NCBI RefSeq assembly: GCF_024331145.1
Contig: NZ_JANDJO010000005.1
Location: 46,709-110,708 of the forward strand
DNA from: Shimia sp. CNT1-13L.2
Lineage (GTDB): Bacteria > Pseudomonadota > Alphaproteobacteria > Rhodobacterales > Rhodobacteraceae
Length of the DNA: 64,000 nt
Direction of reading: 5' to 3'
A program made the translations under genes and the position numbers. Below the pieces are notes generated by a model. The model did no database searches and was not told where the DNA came from. It worked only from the letters and a program-made list of their open reading frames with translations. Numbering within the stretch: the stretch's first letter is position 1; every line of letters begins with the position of its first letter. This document shows, one piece after another, positions 1-10,443 of the stretch.

Positions 1-199
1 TCTCCAGACGGCGCAATGCCTCGTCGACACCGCCAGTCTTCAACCCCTGCCGCCAGATGCGCCGGGCCGAACGCGGCGACCACGGCAACGAGGCCTCCGC
101 CAGCCACCGCCGCAATTCCGGCGGCAGGGCATCAAATTCCCGCATCGGATCACCAGCGCGGCGACGCTTCAGACGGGTCGAGATATTGCGTTGGTGCAT
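1..199 (-). CDS. hypothetical protein, N-terminal fragment (gene continues past window start)
   Basis: Reverse strand reads ATG(199-197) MHQRNISTRLKRRRAGDPMREFDALPPELRRWLAEASLPWSPRSARRIWRQGLKTGGVDEALRRLE with no stop through position 1. AT-rich promoter-like stretch with palindrome lies just upstream (220-260). Not in ORF track because truncated. Confidence 0.3.
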   Translation of the reverse strand, partial: MHQRNISTRLKRRRAGDPMREFDALPPELRRWLAEASLPWSPRSARRIWRQGLKTGGVDEALRRLE

Positions 200-296
200 A
201 GGGTGCATTCCGGTGCGGCCTTCATTATTTCGATATGTAATAACATATCAAAAAGACCGCAACACACCGCCCACGCAATTTGCCTGAAACGCGATG

Positions 297-905
297 CTAC
301 CCGCGCCGTGCCTCGATCGCCGCAATCGCTGCGGCCACCGCCTCGTCGATCCCAAGACTGCTGGTGTCGATCACAACCGCATCCTTGGCCGCAACCATCG
401 GCGCCTCGGCGCGTTCGCGGTCTCGCGTGTCCCGCTCTTTGACGTCGGCCAGAACCTCTTCCCGGCTCACCGACATGCCCTTGCCCGCCAGTTCAAGATA
501 GCGCCGCTCTGCCCTTACCTCGGCACTCGCCGTAACGAACAGCTTGGCCTCGGCATCGGGACAGATCACCGTGCCGATGTCGCGCCCATCCAGAACTGCC
601 CCGCCGGCCCGGCGCGCAAAGGCCCGCTGGAAGTCCACCAGCGCCGCGCGTACTTCGGAAATCACCGCCACCTTGCTGGCTGCCTGCGCCACTTCGGGCG
701 TGCGCAGATTGTCCGCTTCCAGATCGTCCGCCATCAATGCCAAGGCCGCGGCAATCGGGTCCGTACCGTCCAGCGTCTTGGCGCCAACGGCCCGGTACAA
801 CAGCCCGGTATCAAGATGCGCGAACCCGAAATGTGCAGCGACCGCCTTGGAAATTGTTCCCTTTCCCGCCGCCGCAGGGCCATCAATCGCAATCGTGAAA
901 GGCAT
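297..905 (-). CDS. cmk: cytidylate kinase
   Basis: 202 aa; N-terminal P-loop [23 protein letters not shown] typical of Cmk; conserved position next to aroA. Confidence 0.9.
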   Translation of the reverse strand: MPFTIAIDGPAAAGKGTISKAVAAHFGFAHLDTGLLYRAVGAKTLDGTDPIAAALALMADDLEADNLRTPEVAQAASKVAVISEVRAALVDFQRAFARRAGGAVLDGRDIGTVICPDAEAKLFVTASAEVRAERRYLELAGKGMSVSREEVLADVKERDTRDRERAEAPMVAAKDAVVIDTSSLGIDEAVAAAIAAIEARRG

Positions 906-943
906 CTTTTTCCTCGAACTCTCTTCCTATCGGGGCCCAAGCC

Positions 944-1462
944 CTACCCCACCCGCATAGAGCGTTGCAAGGCCATGCCCCCCAGAACAAGGATGGCCAC
1001 GAGCAAGGTCACATATTTCGACACCGTGTAACTGCTGGCCAGAACGACGAGATCACGATCAATCCCTTCCGGCCCCAAGCGCACCATCTCGGCAATCAGC
1101 GCGTTTTCGCAAAGATCCATCATGGTAAACGCCGCCGGGGCAATCAGCATGATCACCCGCGACCACGGGTGTATCCGCGTAGTCAGCCCCCACCAGAGCA
1201 TCCCCATCCAGAACCCGAGCAGAATCGGAAACGCAGTATCCAGAAGGCGCATCGGCCCAAGGTAAAAGGCCGACCCCTCTTCCTTCAGCAGCATCAGGTA
1301 GGTCTTGGCATCAAAGAACCCGTAACCCAGCGGGCGCTGATCAAACGGCCAGAGTTTCTCGCTGCCGACGACAAGATGCTGTGCTCCAAGCCATATCGAG
1401 ATGACATAGACAGCCCCTGTCGCCACGCTCAGAAGCGCGAAAACTCTGGCATAGGCCGTCAC
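944..1462 (-). CDS. hypothetical integral membrane protein
   Basis: 172 aa with about 4 predicted hydrophobic helices and no recognisable catalytic motif. Wedged between aroA and cmk; 4-bp overlap with aroA stop suggests co-transcription. Confidence 0.55.
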   Translation of the reverse strand: MTAYARVFALLSVATGAVYVISIWLGAQHLVVGSEKLWPFDQRPLGYGFFDAKTYLMLLKEEGSAFYLGPMRLLDTAFPILLGFWMGMLWWGLTTRIHPWSRVIMLIAPAAFTMMDLCENALIAEMVRLGPEGIDRDLVVLASSYTVSKYVTLLVAILVLGGMALQRSMRVG

Positions 1463-2811
1463 TTGGCCGCGCTCGAAAGCTGAGCGCCAAGGTCTCCCAT
1501 GAGACGCTCGAAAATCGGGAAGGAGGTGGCAATCGGCCCGCCGTCATCCACGCTGACCGGCTGTTGTGTCGCCATGCCCATCACCATGAACGACATCGCG
1601 ATCCGGTGATCCAAATGGCTCTCGCAGGTGGCCCCGCCCGGCACGTTGCCATGGCCAAGGCCCTTCACGATCCACCAGTCCTCACCTTCATCCACCTCGA
1701 CACCATTGGCGCGCAGCCCCTTGGCCATCGCGTCAATCCGGTCGCTTTCCTTGACCCGCAACTCCTTGACGCCCTTCATCACCGTGTCACCCTGCGCAAA
1801 CGCGGCAACCACGGACAGAACCGGATACTCGTCGATCATGCTGGCGGCACGCGCCGGATCAACTTCGATCCCCTTGAGGTCCGGCGAAAACTTCGCACGC
1901 AGGTCCGCCACCGGCTCGCCACCTTCCTCGCGTTCGTTTTCATAGGTCAGGTCTGCGCCCATCTCGCGCAGCGTGGTGAACAGGCCCGCCCGCGTCGGGT
2001 TCAGCCCGATATTCGGCACCAGCACATCCGATCCCGGCGTAATCACCGCCGCACAGACGGGAAACGCCGCCGAACTCGGATCGCGCGGCACGACAATGGT
2101 CTGCGGTTTCAACTCGGGCTGACCGGTCAGGGTGATCACCCGGCCCTCCTCGGTCTCCTCGGTGCGAATGTCTGCACCAAACCCTGCCAGCATCCGCTCG
2201 GTATGGTCGCGGGTCGCCTCTTTCTCGATCACCACCGTCTCGCCGGGCGCATTCAGACCCGCCAGCAAAACAGCCGATTTCACCTGCGCCGAGGGCATCG
2301 GAACCGTATAGCGCACCGGCACCGGATCAGCCGCGCCCACGATGGTCATCGGCAGACGGCCACCCGAACGGCCTACCGACTGCGCGCCGAACAGGGCAAT
2401 CGGATCGGTCACCCGCGCCATCGGGCGCTTGTTCAGGCTGGCATCGCCGGTAAAGGTCACGGTGATCGGGCAAGAGGCCATCGCCCCCATGATCAGCCGC
2501 ACACCCGTACCCGAGTTGCCGCAATCGATCACGTTGTCCGGTTCGGCAAACCCGCCAACACCGACCCCATGCACATGCCACGTGCCATCTTCGTCCCGCA
2601 CCACATCGGCCCCGAAGGCCCGCATCGCCTTGGCCGTATCCAGAACGTCCTCACCTTCCAAAAGGCCGGTGATCTTGGTCTCGCCCACGGCCATCGCCCC
2701 GAAAATCAGCGATCGGTGCGAGATCGACTTGTCCCCCGGCACATGCGCCTCGCCCTTTAGCGGGCCACAGGGGGTGGAGGTCATCGGGATGGGGGTGCCA
2801 TGTCCGGACAT
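1459..2811 (-). CDS. aroA: 3-phosphoshikimate 1-carboxyvinyltransferase (EPSP synthase)
   Basis: About 450 aa from internal Met ([12 protein letters not shown]...) preceded by AAGGA. Motifs [39 protein letters not shown] match class II EPSP synthase; the ORF-track start at 2862 is probably an upstream extension. Confidence 0.9.
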   Translation of the reverse strand: MSGHGTPIPMTSTPCGPLKGEAHVPGDKSISHRSLIFGAMAVGETKITGLLEGEDVLDTAKAMRAFGADVVRDEDGTWHVHGVGVGGFAEPDNVIDCGNSGTGVRLIMGAMASCPITVTFTGDASLNKRPMARVTDPIALFGAQSVGRSGGRLPMTIVGAADPVPVRYTVPMPSAQVKSAVLLAGLNAPGETVVIEKEATRDHTERMLAGFGADIRTEETEEGRVITLTGQPELKPQTIVVPRDPSSAAFPVCAAVITPGSDVLVPNIGLNPTRAGLFTTLREMGADLTYENEREEGGEPVADLRAKFSPDLKGIEVDPARAASMIDEYPVLSVVAAFAQGDTVMKGVKELRVKESDRIDAMAKGLRANGVEVDEGEDWWIVKGLGHGNVPGGATCESHLDHRIAMSFMVMGMATQQPVSVDDGGPIATSFPIFERLMGDLGAQLSSAAK

Positions 2812-2984
2812 TTGCGCGTTCCTTTGAAAGGATGTCCCGAGGCGCGGGGTTTGCCCGCACACCGCATCAGGACACCCAGTAGATGTTATTTCGTTGACTT
2901 CGCTGTTACCGCAAGCAGCGGCACAGGTCCATGCCGCGTTTTGCCCTACGACGGTTCAGCCCCACATTCGGGGCAACCCTGCAC

Positions 2985-3698
2985 TCAGGTCTTTCTGAAC
3001 GTCAGATAATGCGCTGTGCGCCCCTCGCGGAAAGCCTTCTGCTCATAGCGGGTGGAAATCCAGTCATCCCACGGCTCGCGCCAATCTGCGGGGCGTTCGG
3101 CCAGCCATTCAAATCCCTGCTGCGGCACCTGCTCCAATGTCTGGCGCACATAATCGGGAATGTCCGTGGCCACCCGAAAGATCGCGCCTTTCTTCAGAAC
3201 CCGCGCCAGCGGCGCAAGGTGTTCCGGCGTCACGAACCGGCGGCGGTGGTGGCGCTTCTTGGGCCAGGGATCGGGATACAGCAGAAAGGCCCGCGAGATG
3301 CTCTCGTCTTCCAGCACGTCGAACATGTCACGCGCATCCCCCGGATGCACACGGATATTGTCCGCACCGGCATCGCGGATCTTCCCCAGAAGCATGGCAA
3401 CGCCGTTGATATACGGCTCACAGCCGATAATGCCGACATCCGGATTCTGGACGGCCTGATGCACCATGTGCTCACCCCCGCCGAACCCGACTTCCAGCCA
3501 GACATCCTTGCCGCCGAACAACGCCCCAAGGTCGATCTTCTCGCGCTCGGGGTTCTCTTCCCAGCTCACCTTGCCCGGGCTCAGCCCTGCCAGATCCTCG
3601 TCAAGCCAGGTCTCCTGCGTCTTGCGCAGACCCTTGCCCTTGAAGCGACCATAAAAGTTGCGCCACGGGGCGCCCGAGGGGTGTTGACCGTTCGTCAT
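2985..3698 (-). CDS. trmB: tRNA (guanine46-N7)-methyltransferase
   Basis: 237 aa; FYGRFKGKGL...WLEVGFGGGEHMV...LYPDPWPKKRHHRRRF are TrmB family signatures. Confidence 0.9.
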   Translation of the reverse strand: MTNGQHPSGAPWRNFYGRFKGKGLRKTQETWLDEDLAGLSPGKVSWEENPEREKIDLGALFGGKDVWLEVGFGGGEHMVHQAVQNPDVGIIGCEPYINGVAMLLGKIRDAGADNIRVHPGDARDMFDVLEDESISRAFLLYPDPWPKKRHHRRRFVTPEHLAPLARVLKKGAIFRVATDIPDYVRQTLEQVPQQGFEWLAERPADWREPWDDWISTRYEQKAFREGRTAHYLTFRKT

Positions 3699-3749
3699 CG
3701 TTCTACCTGTGCAAATCCGGGAGGCATGTGCCCGTTTGCGCCGCCCCAG

Positions 3750-4610
3750 TCAAGCTCTGCCGAAGATCCTGCGCAACAGGAACATGCCCGGAATGGTCAC
3801 GATATACATGGTGATCCCGTATACCGCAGCGGGCACCGCGAACTCGGGGATACCGCCCACCTGCGCCACAAGACCGGCCACCGTGATGCCCAGCGCGGCG
3901 TTCTGAACCCCCATCTCGACCGAGATACAAAGCCCGTCCGCGCCAGACAGCCCGATCACCCGCGAGATCACAACGCCAAGCACCAGAAGGATCGCGTTGA
4001 TCGCCATCAACAGCGGCCCCAACAACGCCACGTTCTCAAGGAACAGCTGCCAGTTCGTCGCCAGTGCCGCCACAACGATCACCACGAACAGGATCAGCGC
4101 CACCCGCGTCACCGTCGGCTCTGTCTGATCCGCGATTGATCCCGCAAGAAACCGCGCCAGAAGGCCGATCAGCACAGGGATCGCCGTAATCGCGAACATC
4201 GAGAAGGCAATCGCCGTCACGTTCAGATCCGGCGCCGCCGCCCCCAGAAAGGCATCCGAAGCCCATCCCACCAGTACCGGCACCGTCGCCACCGACATCA
4301 GGCTAACGACTGCGGTCAGGGTAATCGAAAGCGCCACGTTGCCCCCCGAAAGCTTGGTCAGGATGTTCGAAGTCACCCCACCGGGGCAAAAGGCCAGGAT
4401 CATCACACCAAAAGCCAGCGCAGGCGGCAGGTTCACCAGTTGCAACAGCCCATAAGCCACCGCAGGCACCACGCACACCTGCAACACGATCCCCGACAGC
4501 GCCGCCTTCGGCATGGCAAACACCCGCCCGAAATCGGCAAACGTCAGGCCATAGCCCAGCGAAAACATGATGAACGCCAATGAAAGCGGCAAAGCCACGT
4601 CAAGCAACAT
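3750..4610 (-). CDS. bile acid:sodium symporter (BASS/ACR3-like) family transporter
   Basis: About 287 aa polytopic membrane protein (start MLLDVALPL with GGAGGAAATCAC RBS). Overall architecture resembles BASS-family transporters. Confidence 0.7.
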   Translation of the reverse strand: MLLDVALPLSLAFIMFSLGYGLTFADFGRVFAMPKAALSGIVLQVCVVPAVAYGLLQLVNLPPALAFGVMILAFCPGGVTSNILTKLSGGNVALSITLTAVVSLMSVATVPVLVGWASDAFLGAAAPDLNVTAIAFSMFAITAIPVLIGLLARFLAGSIADQTEPTVTRVALILFVVIVVAALATNWQLFLENVALLGPLLMAINAILLVLGVVISRVIGLSGADGLCISVEMGVQNAALGITVAGLVAQVGGIPEFAVPAAVYGITMYIVTIPGMFLLRRIFGRA

Positions 4611-4714
4611 GTGATTTCCTCCCTGTTCCGGAACAACCTGCCACAGGAAAGCAAAAGGGCCAAAGCATTCCGCCACGGAACACTCTGGCCCTCAATGTCA
4701 GGTTGTCTGAAAGA

Positions 4715-5896
4715 TCAGACCGCTTTTTTCAGCGCCTCAACCAGATCGGTGCGCTCCCAGCTGAAGCCACCGTCGTCGCTGGGGTTACGGCCAAAGTGAC
4801 CATAGGCAGCGGTGCGCTGGTAGATCGGCTTGTTCAGACCAAGGTGGGTCCGGATGCCACGCGGGGTCAGGTCCATGACCTGCGGGATCGCGGCCTCGAT
4901 GTCACGCGCTTCAACCGAACCGGTGCCATGCGTGTCGGCATAGATCGACAGCGGTGCCGAAACACCAATCGCGTAGGACAGCTGGATGGTGCATTTCTCG
5001 GCCATGCCAGCGGCAACCACGTTCTTGGCAAGGTAACGCGCGGCATAGGCTGCCGAACGGTCAACCTTTGTCGGGTCTTTGCCCGAGAACGCACCACCAC
5101 CGTGCGGCGCGGCACCACCGTAGGTGTCCACGATGATCTTGCGGCCGGTCAGGCCCGCGTCGCCATCCGGGCCGCCAATCACGAACTTGCCGGTCGGGTT
5201 CACGTGCCATGCGGTATCCGCAGTCACCCAGCCCTCCGGCAGGGTTTCAAGGATATAGGGTTCGACAATCGCACGGATGTCATCCGAAGACAGCGCCGCA
5301 TCAAGGTGCTGGGTCGACAGAACGATCGAGCTAACGCCAACCGGCTTGCCGCCTTCGTAAACCACCGACAGCTGCGATTTCGCATCCGGGCCAAGCGCCG
5401 GCTCAGTGCCGTTCTTGCGCACTTCCGCCAGACGACGCAGGATCGCGTGGCTGTACTGGATCGGGGCGGGCATCAGCGCCGGGGTCTCGGTCGTGGCATA
5501 GCCGAACATGATGCCCTGGTCGCCCGCGCCCTCATCCTTGTTGTCGGCCGCATCCACGCCCTGCGCGATATGCGCCGACTGCTCGTGCAACAGGTTGGTC
5601 ACTTCCACGGTCTCGTGGTGGAACTTGTCCTGCTCATAGCCGATGTCCTTGATACAGGCCCGCGTGATCTCGTCGATGCGGTCCATGTATTCATGCAGCT
5701 TGTCCTGGTCAGACAGACCAACCTCGCCGCCAATCACCACGCGATTGGTGGTGGCAAAAGTTTCGCAAGCGACACGCGCCTCGGGCTCTTCCGCGAGGAA
5801 GGCATCCAGCACCGCGTCGGAAATGCGGTCGCAAACCTTGTCGGGATGCCCCTCGGAAACCGACTCCGAGGTGAAGGTGTAGTTCTGTCTGCTCAT
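4715..5896 (-). CDS. metK: S-adenosylmethionine synthetase
   Basis: 393 aa; [48 protein letters not shown] are canonical MetK motifs. Confidence 0.95.
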   Translation of the reverse strand: MSRQNYTFTSESVSEGHPDKVCDRISDAVLDAFLAEEPEARVACETFATTNRVVIGGEVGLSDQDKLHEYMDRIDEITRACIKDIGYEQDKFHHETVEVTNLLHEQSAHIAQGVDAADNKDEGAGDQGIMFGYATTETPALMPAPIQYSHAILRRLAEVRKNGTEPALGPDAKSQLSVVYEGGKPVGVSSIVLSTQHLDAALSSDDIRAIVEPYILETLPEGWVTADTAWHVNPTGKFVIGGPDGDAGLTGRKIIVDTYGGAAPHGGGAFSGKDPTKVDRSAAYAARYLAKNVVAAGMAEKCTIQLSYAIGVSAPLSIYADTHGTGSVEARDIEAAIPQVMDLTPRGIRTHLGLNKPIYQRTAAYGHFGRNPSDDGGFSWERTDLVEALKKAV

Positions 5897-5950
5897 GAGA
5901 TGTGCTCCATTAGAAATCCGTCGCCACGCCAGGAAGCCGTTGTGACAACA
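5897..5950 (-). ncRNA. candidate SAM-SAH-type riboswitch in metK leader
   Basis: Reverse-strand leader GUCACAACGGCUUCCUGGCGUGGCGACGGAUUUCUAAUGGAGCACAUCUC-AUG. The CACAACGGCUUCCUGGCGUGG core with the SD-proximal segment able to pair back is what I recall of the SAM-SAH class, described as Rhodobacterales-specific upstream of metK. Not verified by covariance model. Confidence 0.45.
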
Positions 5951-5984
5951 CCATCTGAGGCCTTACGCGCCAAGTTGGAATAGG

Positions 5985-7469
5985 TCAATGCCTATTGCGT
6001 ATAGCGATCCCAAGCAAACCGGCATTGAGCAAAATCAAGATCACCATCAGCGGCATGTCCCCCGTCCAGCTGTAAAGCGTCGCCGCACTTGCCGTGGGCA
6101 GGGCGATATCAAGGTGTCCATGCGTATTGAGCGGCAGGAAATCCAGCACCCGCCCGCGCGGATCAATCACCGCCGACACCCCCGTATTCGCCGCTCGCAC
6201 CAGCGGCAGCCCCATTTCAATCGCCCGCACCCGCGCCTGCTGCAAATGTTGGAACGGCCCCGAGAAGTTCCCGAACCACGCATCATTGGTAATCTGCAAC
6301 AACAGGTCGGGCCGCTCTTCCACGGCAAACACATCCTGCGGGAACACCACCTCGTAACAGATCAACGGCAGCGCCTTGCCGACGCCCTCGATCTCGATCA
6401 GCCGCGGTCCACTGCCAGCCGAGAAACCGCCCCCGTCCCGCGCCGCCATGCCATGAATGCCAAACCGCGCCATCAGGTCGCCAAAGGGCACGTATTCACC
6501 AAAGGGCACAAGGTGGTGCTTGTCATAGACATCCGCCACGGCACCATCGCGCCCCATCAGAACCGCCGCGTTGAAAAACCGCTGACCGTCGATACGGTTC
6601 ATCCCCAACACCACAGGCACCCCCTGCGCCGCCGAGGCAATCGCGGCCATCGAATTCGGTGCACGCCCAAGAGGCGCGGGCACCGAGGTTTCCGGCCAGA
6701 CAATCACATCTGGCCGCTCTGGTCCGGCCACTGTGCCAAGGATCGCGCGATCAAAGAACCGCTGCATATGCGCCGGGTCCCACTTCTCGCGCTGCGGTGC
6801 ATTGGGCTGGATCACCCGCACGACCGGCGCATCCTCGGCAATCAACGTCCCCTGCGGCACAGGCCACAGCCCCGCGATCAGAACTGCTGCCCCGATCACC
6901 GACACCGCCCGCACCTGCATCCCAAGCGCCAGCGCCGCGAACATCACGAGGTTCATCCCGTGTGACCCGACAAGGGCAGCGCCCTGCCCCAGCATGCCAT
7001 CTACAAGTACGTAGGAGGGCATCGCCCACGGAAACCCGGTGAACAGGTAGGCCCGCAAAAGCTCCATCCCAGTCCAGGCCACCACCAGCAACCAAAGCGA
7101 CCGCCCTACCCCGCGCGCCAGCGCAAAGGCCCAGCCCCAGAACAGCGACATACCCACCGCCATCAGAACAAGCGCAAAAGGGGCCATCCACCCGTGCCGC
7201 GCCAGATCAACAAGGAAAGGTTCTACGATCCAGTGCAGCGCCACCGCGAAATACCCGGTGCCCAAGGCAATCCCTGTCCAGAAGGCCTGCCACACCCGCG
7301 TTGTCCGGGCAAAACACAGCATCGCCAGAGCAAGGCCGACAAAGGTGAAAACCGGCAGTGCAAACGGCGCCTGTCCCAGCGCCGCAATACCACCCAGTCC
7401 AAGGAGAAGTGCGAACCTGTGGCGCGGCGTGCGCTCAGCCCACCATCGCGCCACCCGGCTCTCAGCCAT
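5985..7469 (-). CDS. lnt: apolipoprotein N-acyltransferase
   Basis: 494 aa; N-terminal multi-TM domain plus C-terminal CN-hydrolase domain (VIVWPETSVP...ICYEVVFP). Follows corC as in the conserved miaB-phoH-ybeY-corC-lnt cluster. Confidence 0.9.
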   Translation of the reverse strand: MAESRVARWWAERTPRHRFALLLGLGGIAALGQAPFALPVFTFVGLALAMLCFARTTRVWQAFWTGIALGTGYFAVALHWIVEPFLVDLARHGWMAPFALVLMAVGMSLFWGWAFALARGVGRSLWLLVVAWTGMELLRAYLFTGFPWAMPSYVLVDGMLGQGAALVGSHGMNLVMFAALALGMQVRAVSVIGAAVLIAGLWPVPQGTLIAEDAPVVRVIQPNAPQREKWDPAHMQRFFDRAILGTVAGPERPDVIVWPETSVPAPLGRAPNSMAAIASAAQGVPVVLGMNRIDGQRFFNAAVLMGRDGAVADVYDKHHLVPFGEYVPFGDLMARFGIHGMAARDGGGFSAGSGPRLIEIEGVGKALPLICYEVVFPQDVFAVEERPDLLLQITNDAWFGNFSGPFQHLQQARVRAIEMGLPLVRAANTGVSAVIDPRGRVLDFLPLNTHGHLDIALPTASAATLYSWTGDMPLMVILILLNAGLLGIAIRNRH

Positions 7470-8346
7470 CCTGCGCCTCGGTCAGTCGCACCCTCAGGCG
7501 CTTGATCCGGCGCGGGTCTGCGTCCACCACCTCGAACTCGGTCCCGTCCGGATGCGCCACAACCTCGCCCCGCGCAGGCACATGGCCCGACAGGGTAAAG
7601 ACCAGCCCGCCAAGGGTTTCCACATCCTCGGCATCCACCTCGTCATGGGTGGTCAGGTGGCGTCCGATTTCGGCCTCGAAATCCTCCAGCGGCGTCTTGG
7701 CAAGGGCCAGATAGCAGCCGGGCATTTCCTGCACCCAGTGCTCGGCCTCGTCCACGTCGTGTTCGTCTTCGATCTCGCCGATCACCTGTTCGATCAGGTC
7801 TTCGATGGTCACAAGCCCATCCACGCCGCCATATTCGTCGATCACCAGCGCCATATGCCGGCGTTCGGTCTGCATCTTGGTCAGCAGCACGCCAATCGAC
7901 ATCGACGGCGGCACGAACAACAACGGGCGCAGCATCGCCTCAAGGTCAAACGACCCGCCCGACCCGTTGAATCCGTGGCGCAGCGCCACGTCCTTGAGGT
8001 GCGCAAATCCGCTCGGCGTATCCAGCGTGCCCGAATACACAGGCAAACGGGTAAACCCGCTGTCCCTGAATATCTGCACCAGCTCTTCCTTGCTGATGTC
8101 ATCGGGCACGGCAACGATGTCGGCTTTGGGGATGGCAACGTCCTCAACCCGCATCCGGCGCAGGTTGATCATGCCATGGGTCTGGGGGCGCGGCGTGTCC
8201 GCGGTCTCCTGGGGCTCGATATCATTTTCGTCAGAGGCACCCAGCGCCTTGACGATCCGGCCAAAGAAACCGGGTTTCGATTGTGTTGGGGCCAAAGGCT
8301 GCGCGCTCAGCGCTGCGTTAGAAGACCCGTCGGTACTGTCGCCCAT
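7462..8346 (-). CDS. corC: CBS-domain / CorC_HlyC transporter-associated protein (hemolysin C family)
   Basis: 294 aa; tandem CBS region and C-terminal CorC_HlyC domain; conserved neighbourhood with ybeY and phoH. Confidence 0.85.
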   Translation of the reverse strand: MGDSTDGSSNAALSAQPLAPTQSKPGFFGRIVKALGASDENDIEPQETADTPRPQTHGMINLRRMRVEDVAIPKADIVAVPDDISKEELVQIFRDSGFTRLPVYSGTLDTPSGFAHLKDVALRHGFNGSGGSFDLEAMLRPLLFVPPSMSIGVLLTKMQTERRHMALVIDEYGGVDGLVTIEDLIEQVIGEIEDEHDVDEAEHWVQEMPGCYLALAKTPLEDFEAEIGRHLTTHDEVDAEDVETLGGLVFTLSGHVPARGEVVAHPDGTEFEVVDADPRRIKRLRVRLTEAQDG

Positions 8347-8377
8347 TTTACCTTTCCATCAAGGGGTTTGCCCCCGG

Positions 8378-8881
8378 TCACTCTCTATATGGGTCAGGAA
8401 GACCCATTTTGCCAAGTATCACGCTTTCGATCCCCTCCATCAGAGTGGCATCAAGGTCACGGATATGGTCATACCCCAGCAAGTGTAAAACCCCGTGCAC
8501 CATCAAATGTGTCACGTGATCGGCCACGGGTTTGCCCGCCGCCTCGGCCTCGCGCAGACAGGTGTCATAGGAAATCGCGATATCGCCCAGCTCTTCCGGC
8601 ATGCCTTCAAACGACACCTCTGGCCGCTCGGGCACCCCGCCATCCTCTTGCGCGCCGCGCTCTTCCGAAGGCCAGCTCAACACGTTGGTCGCCGTCGGCT
8701 TGTCGCGAAAATCCGCATTCAACTCGGCAATCCGCGCATCATCACAGGCCAGCACCGCAATCTCGAAGTCTGCCGCGTCAATCTCCAGATGCGCCAAAGT
8801 CGCCTGCGCCGCCGCTTCGGCCAGCACCTCGAACCCCAGCACCTGCCAGCGGTCATCCTCGAAAATCGTATCGGTCAGCAT
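8378..8881 (-). CDS. ybeY: rRNA maturation endoribonuclease YbeY
   Basis: HGVLHLLGYDH metal-binding motif. Start taken at MLTDTIFEDD (GAGAGAGG RBS) rather than ORF-track 8905. Confidence 0.85.
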   Translation of the reverse strand: MLTDTIFEDDRWQVLGFEVLAEAAAQATLAHLEIDAADFEIAVLACDDARIAELNADFRDKPTATNVLSWPSEERGAQEDGGVPERPEVSFEGMPEELGDIAISYDTCLREAEAAGKPVADHVTHLMVHGVLHLLGYDHIRDLDATLMEGIESVILGKMGLPDPYRE

Positions 8882-8946
8882 CCAGAGCCTCTCTCGGTGG
8901 CGCACAAAGGCACGCCCCCTTGCGTCCTACAAATCCGAGGCAGCCC

Positions 8947-9987
8947 CTAAGCCTTCTGCGCGCGCTTCGCCATCTCTTTTTGCGAGTCCGCGTCATAGGC
9001 TTCGATGATCGCCGCCACCAGCGGGTGACGCACCACGTCCTTGGCGGTGAAATAGTTGAAGCTGATGTTCGGGATCGACTTCAGCAGCCGCTCTGCATCG
9101 GCAAGCCCCGACGGCACCCCGCGCGGCAGGTCAACCTGGCTGCGGTCGCCCGTGATCACCATGCGCGACCCTTCGCCAAGACGGGTCAGGAACATCTTCA
9201 TCTGCATGGTCGTGGCATTCTGCGCCTCGTCCAGAACAACAAAGGCATTCGCCAGCGTCCGCCCCCGCATAAAGGCCAGCGGCGCAATCTCGATCCGCTT
9301 TTCCTCGATCAGCTTGGCCAACTGCTTGCCCGGCAGGAAATCGTTCAGCGCATCGTAGAGCGGCTGCATGTAGGGATCGACCTTATCCTTCATGTCACCG
9401 GGCAGATAGCCCAGCTTCTCACCCGCCTCCACGGCGGGACGCGACAGGATGATGCGATCCACATGCCCCTCAATGAACATCGCTACCGCAACGGCCACCG
9501 CCAGATAGGTCTTGCCGGTCCCGGCAGGGCCAATCCCGAACGCCAACTCGTTGTTGAACAGCGACAGCACATAGGCCTTCTGCGCATCCGTGCGCGGCTC
9601 GATCAGCTTCTTGCGCGTCTTGATCTCGACGGGGCCACCCTTGAACATCTCAAGCTGGTCGCCCTCGCGCGCGCCGGTGCCCTCTTCCGAGCCCCCCATG
9701 CGGATTTCGCGATCAATATCGCCATGTTCGACCGATTTGCCACTTTCCAGCCGCTCATACAGCGCCTCAAGTACCTCAACGGCCTCTTTCTGAGCCGTTT
9801 CCTCGCCATGCACGGCAAGCTGGTTGCCACGGCGCACGATCTGTACCGAAAGTTTTTGTTCAATGTCTGCAAGGTTGCGGTCGTACTCTCCGCACAGGTC
9901 GATCAGCAATCTGTTGTCCGGAAATTCGACCAATACCTCGGCTGGATTTTCGGATGCGGGCGGCGGGGTCAGAACACCAGTGGCCAA
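8947..9987 (-). CDS. ybeZ: PhoH-like ATPase
   Basis: 346 aa; Walker A GPAGTGKTYLAVAVA, PhoH signature LSRPAVEAGEKLGYLPGDM...VVLDEAQN. Confidence 0.9.
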   Translation of the reverse strand: MATGVLTPPPASENPAEVLVEFPDNRLLIDLCGEYDRNLADIEQKLSVQIVRRGNQLAVHGEETAQKEAVEVLEALYERLESGKSVEHGDIDREIRMGGSEEGTGAREGDQLEMFKGGPVEIKTRKKLIEPRTDAQKAYVLSLFNNELAFGIGPAGTGKTYLAVAVAVAMFIEGHVDRIILSRPAVEAGEKLGYLPGDMKDKVDPYMQPLYDALNDFLPGKQLAKLIEEKRIEIAPLAFMRGRTLANAFVVLDEAQNATTMQMKMFLTRLGEGSRMVITGDRSQVDLPRGVPSGLADAERLLKSIPNISFNYFTAKDVVRHPLVAAIIEAYDADSQKEMAKRAQKA

Positions 9988-10080
9988 TCAACTCTCCTGT
10001 TGGCAAACGTCTTTCCAAAATGGTGCCAACTCGCGCGCGGATACGCAAGCCGCGCGGCATCACTTTTCACGGAAAGGTCA

Positions 10081-10112
10081 CAAAAAAGACCGCGTGTCGA
10101 AACACGCGGCCT
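10081..10112 (-). terminator. rho-independent terminator after small secreted protein gene
   Basis: Reverse strand: GGCCGCGUGU-UUCG-ACACGCGGUC stem-loop followed by UUUUUUGUG. Confidence 0.55.
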
Positions 10113-10134
10113 TTGGAATGGGAAGCACCAGACA

Positions 10135-10431
10135 TCAGATCTGGTCTTTGAACGCCGAGCCCTTCTTGAACGGCCCGGTGGCGACGCCCGGAGGGGCCGT
10201 TCCCGAACAGACCGGCTTGCCATAGGGGTCAAGACGCTGCGAGAGATACCCTTCGACACCGTCGTCAATGATCCAGTGGTCACAGCCGTTCGGATCAACC
10301 CAGATACCGCCTTTCAGCTGGCTCAGGTGCTTGCTGTCAAATCCGCGGTCGACGGTTTTGTCGACCTTGTTGTCACAGGCCGCAACGGCGGCAACTGCCC
10401 CAACCAGAAGAAGTCCACGTACAAGTTTCAT
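10135..10431 (-). CDS. small secreted protein, paralog of N-terminal domain of adjacent OmpA-family protein
   Basis: 98 aa with signal peptide MKLVRGLLLVGAVAAVAAC. Core W-DPNGCDHWIIDDGVEGYLSQRLDPYGKPVC aligns with W-DPDGCEHWVMDDGVEGYMTPHVNRQGIPVC of ORF 10444..11019. 12-bp gap from upstream gene. Confidence 0.55.
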   Translation of the reverse strand: MKLVRGLLLVGAVAAVAACDNKVDKTVDRGFDSKHLSQLKGGIWVDPNGCDHWIIDDGVEGYLSQRLDPYGKPVCSGTAPPGVATGPFKKGSAFKDQI

Positions 10432-10443
10432 TTCAGTGTCTCC

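Noticed and set aside
5897-5990. SAM-II riboswitch upstream of metK
   Set aside because: The leader lacks the SAM-II hallmark pseudoknot words as I recall them. The shorter CACAACGGCUUCCUG core fits the Rhodobacterales SAM-SAH class better.
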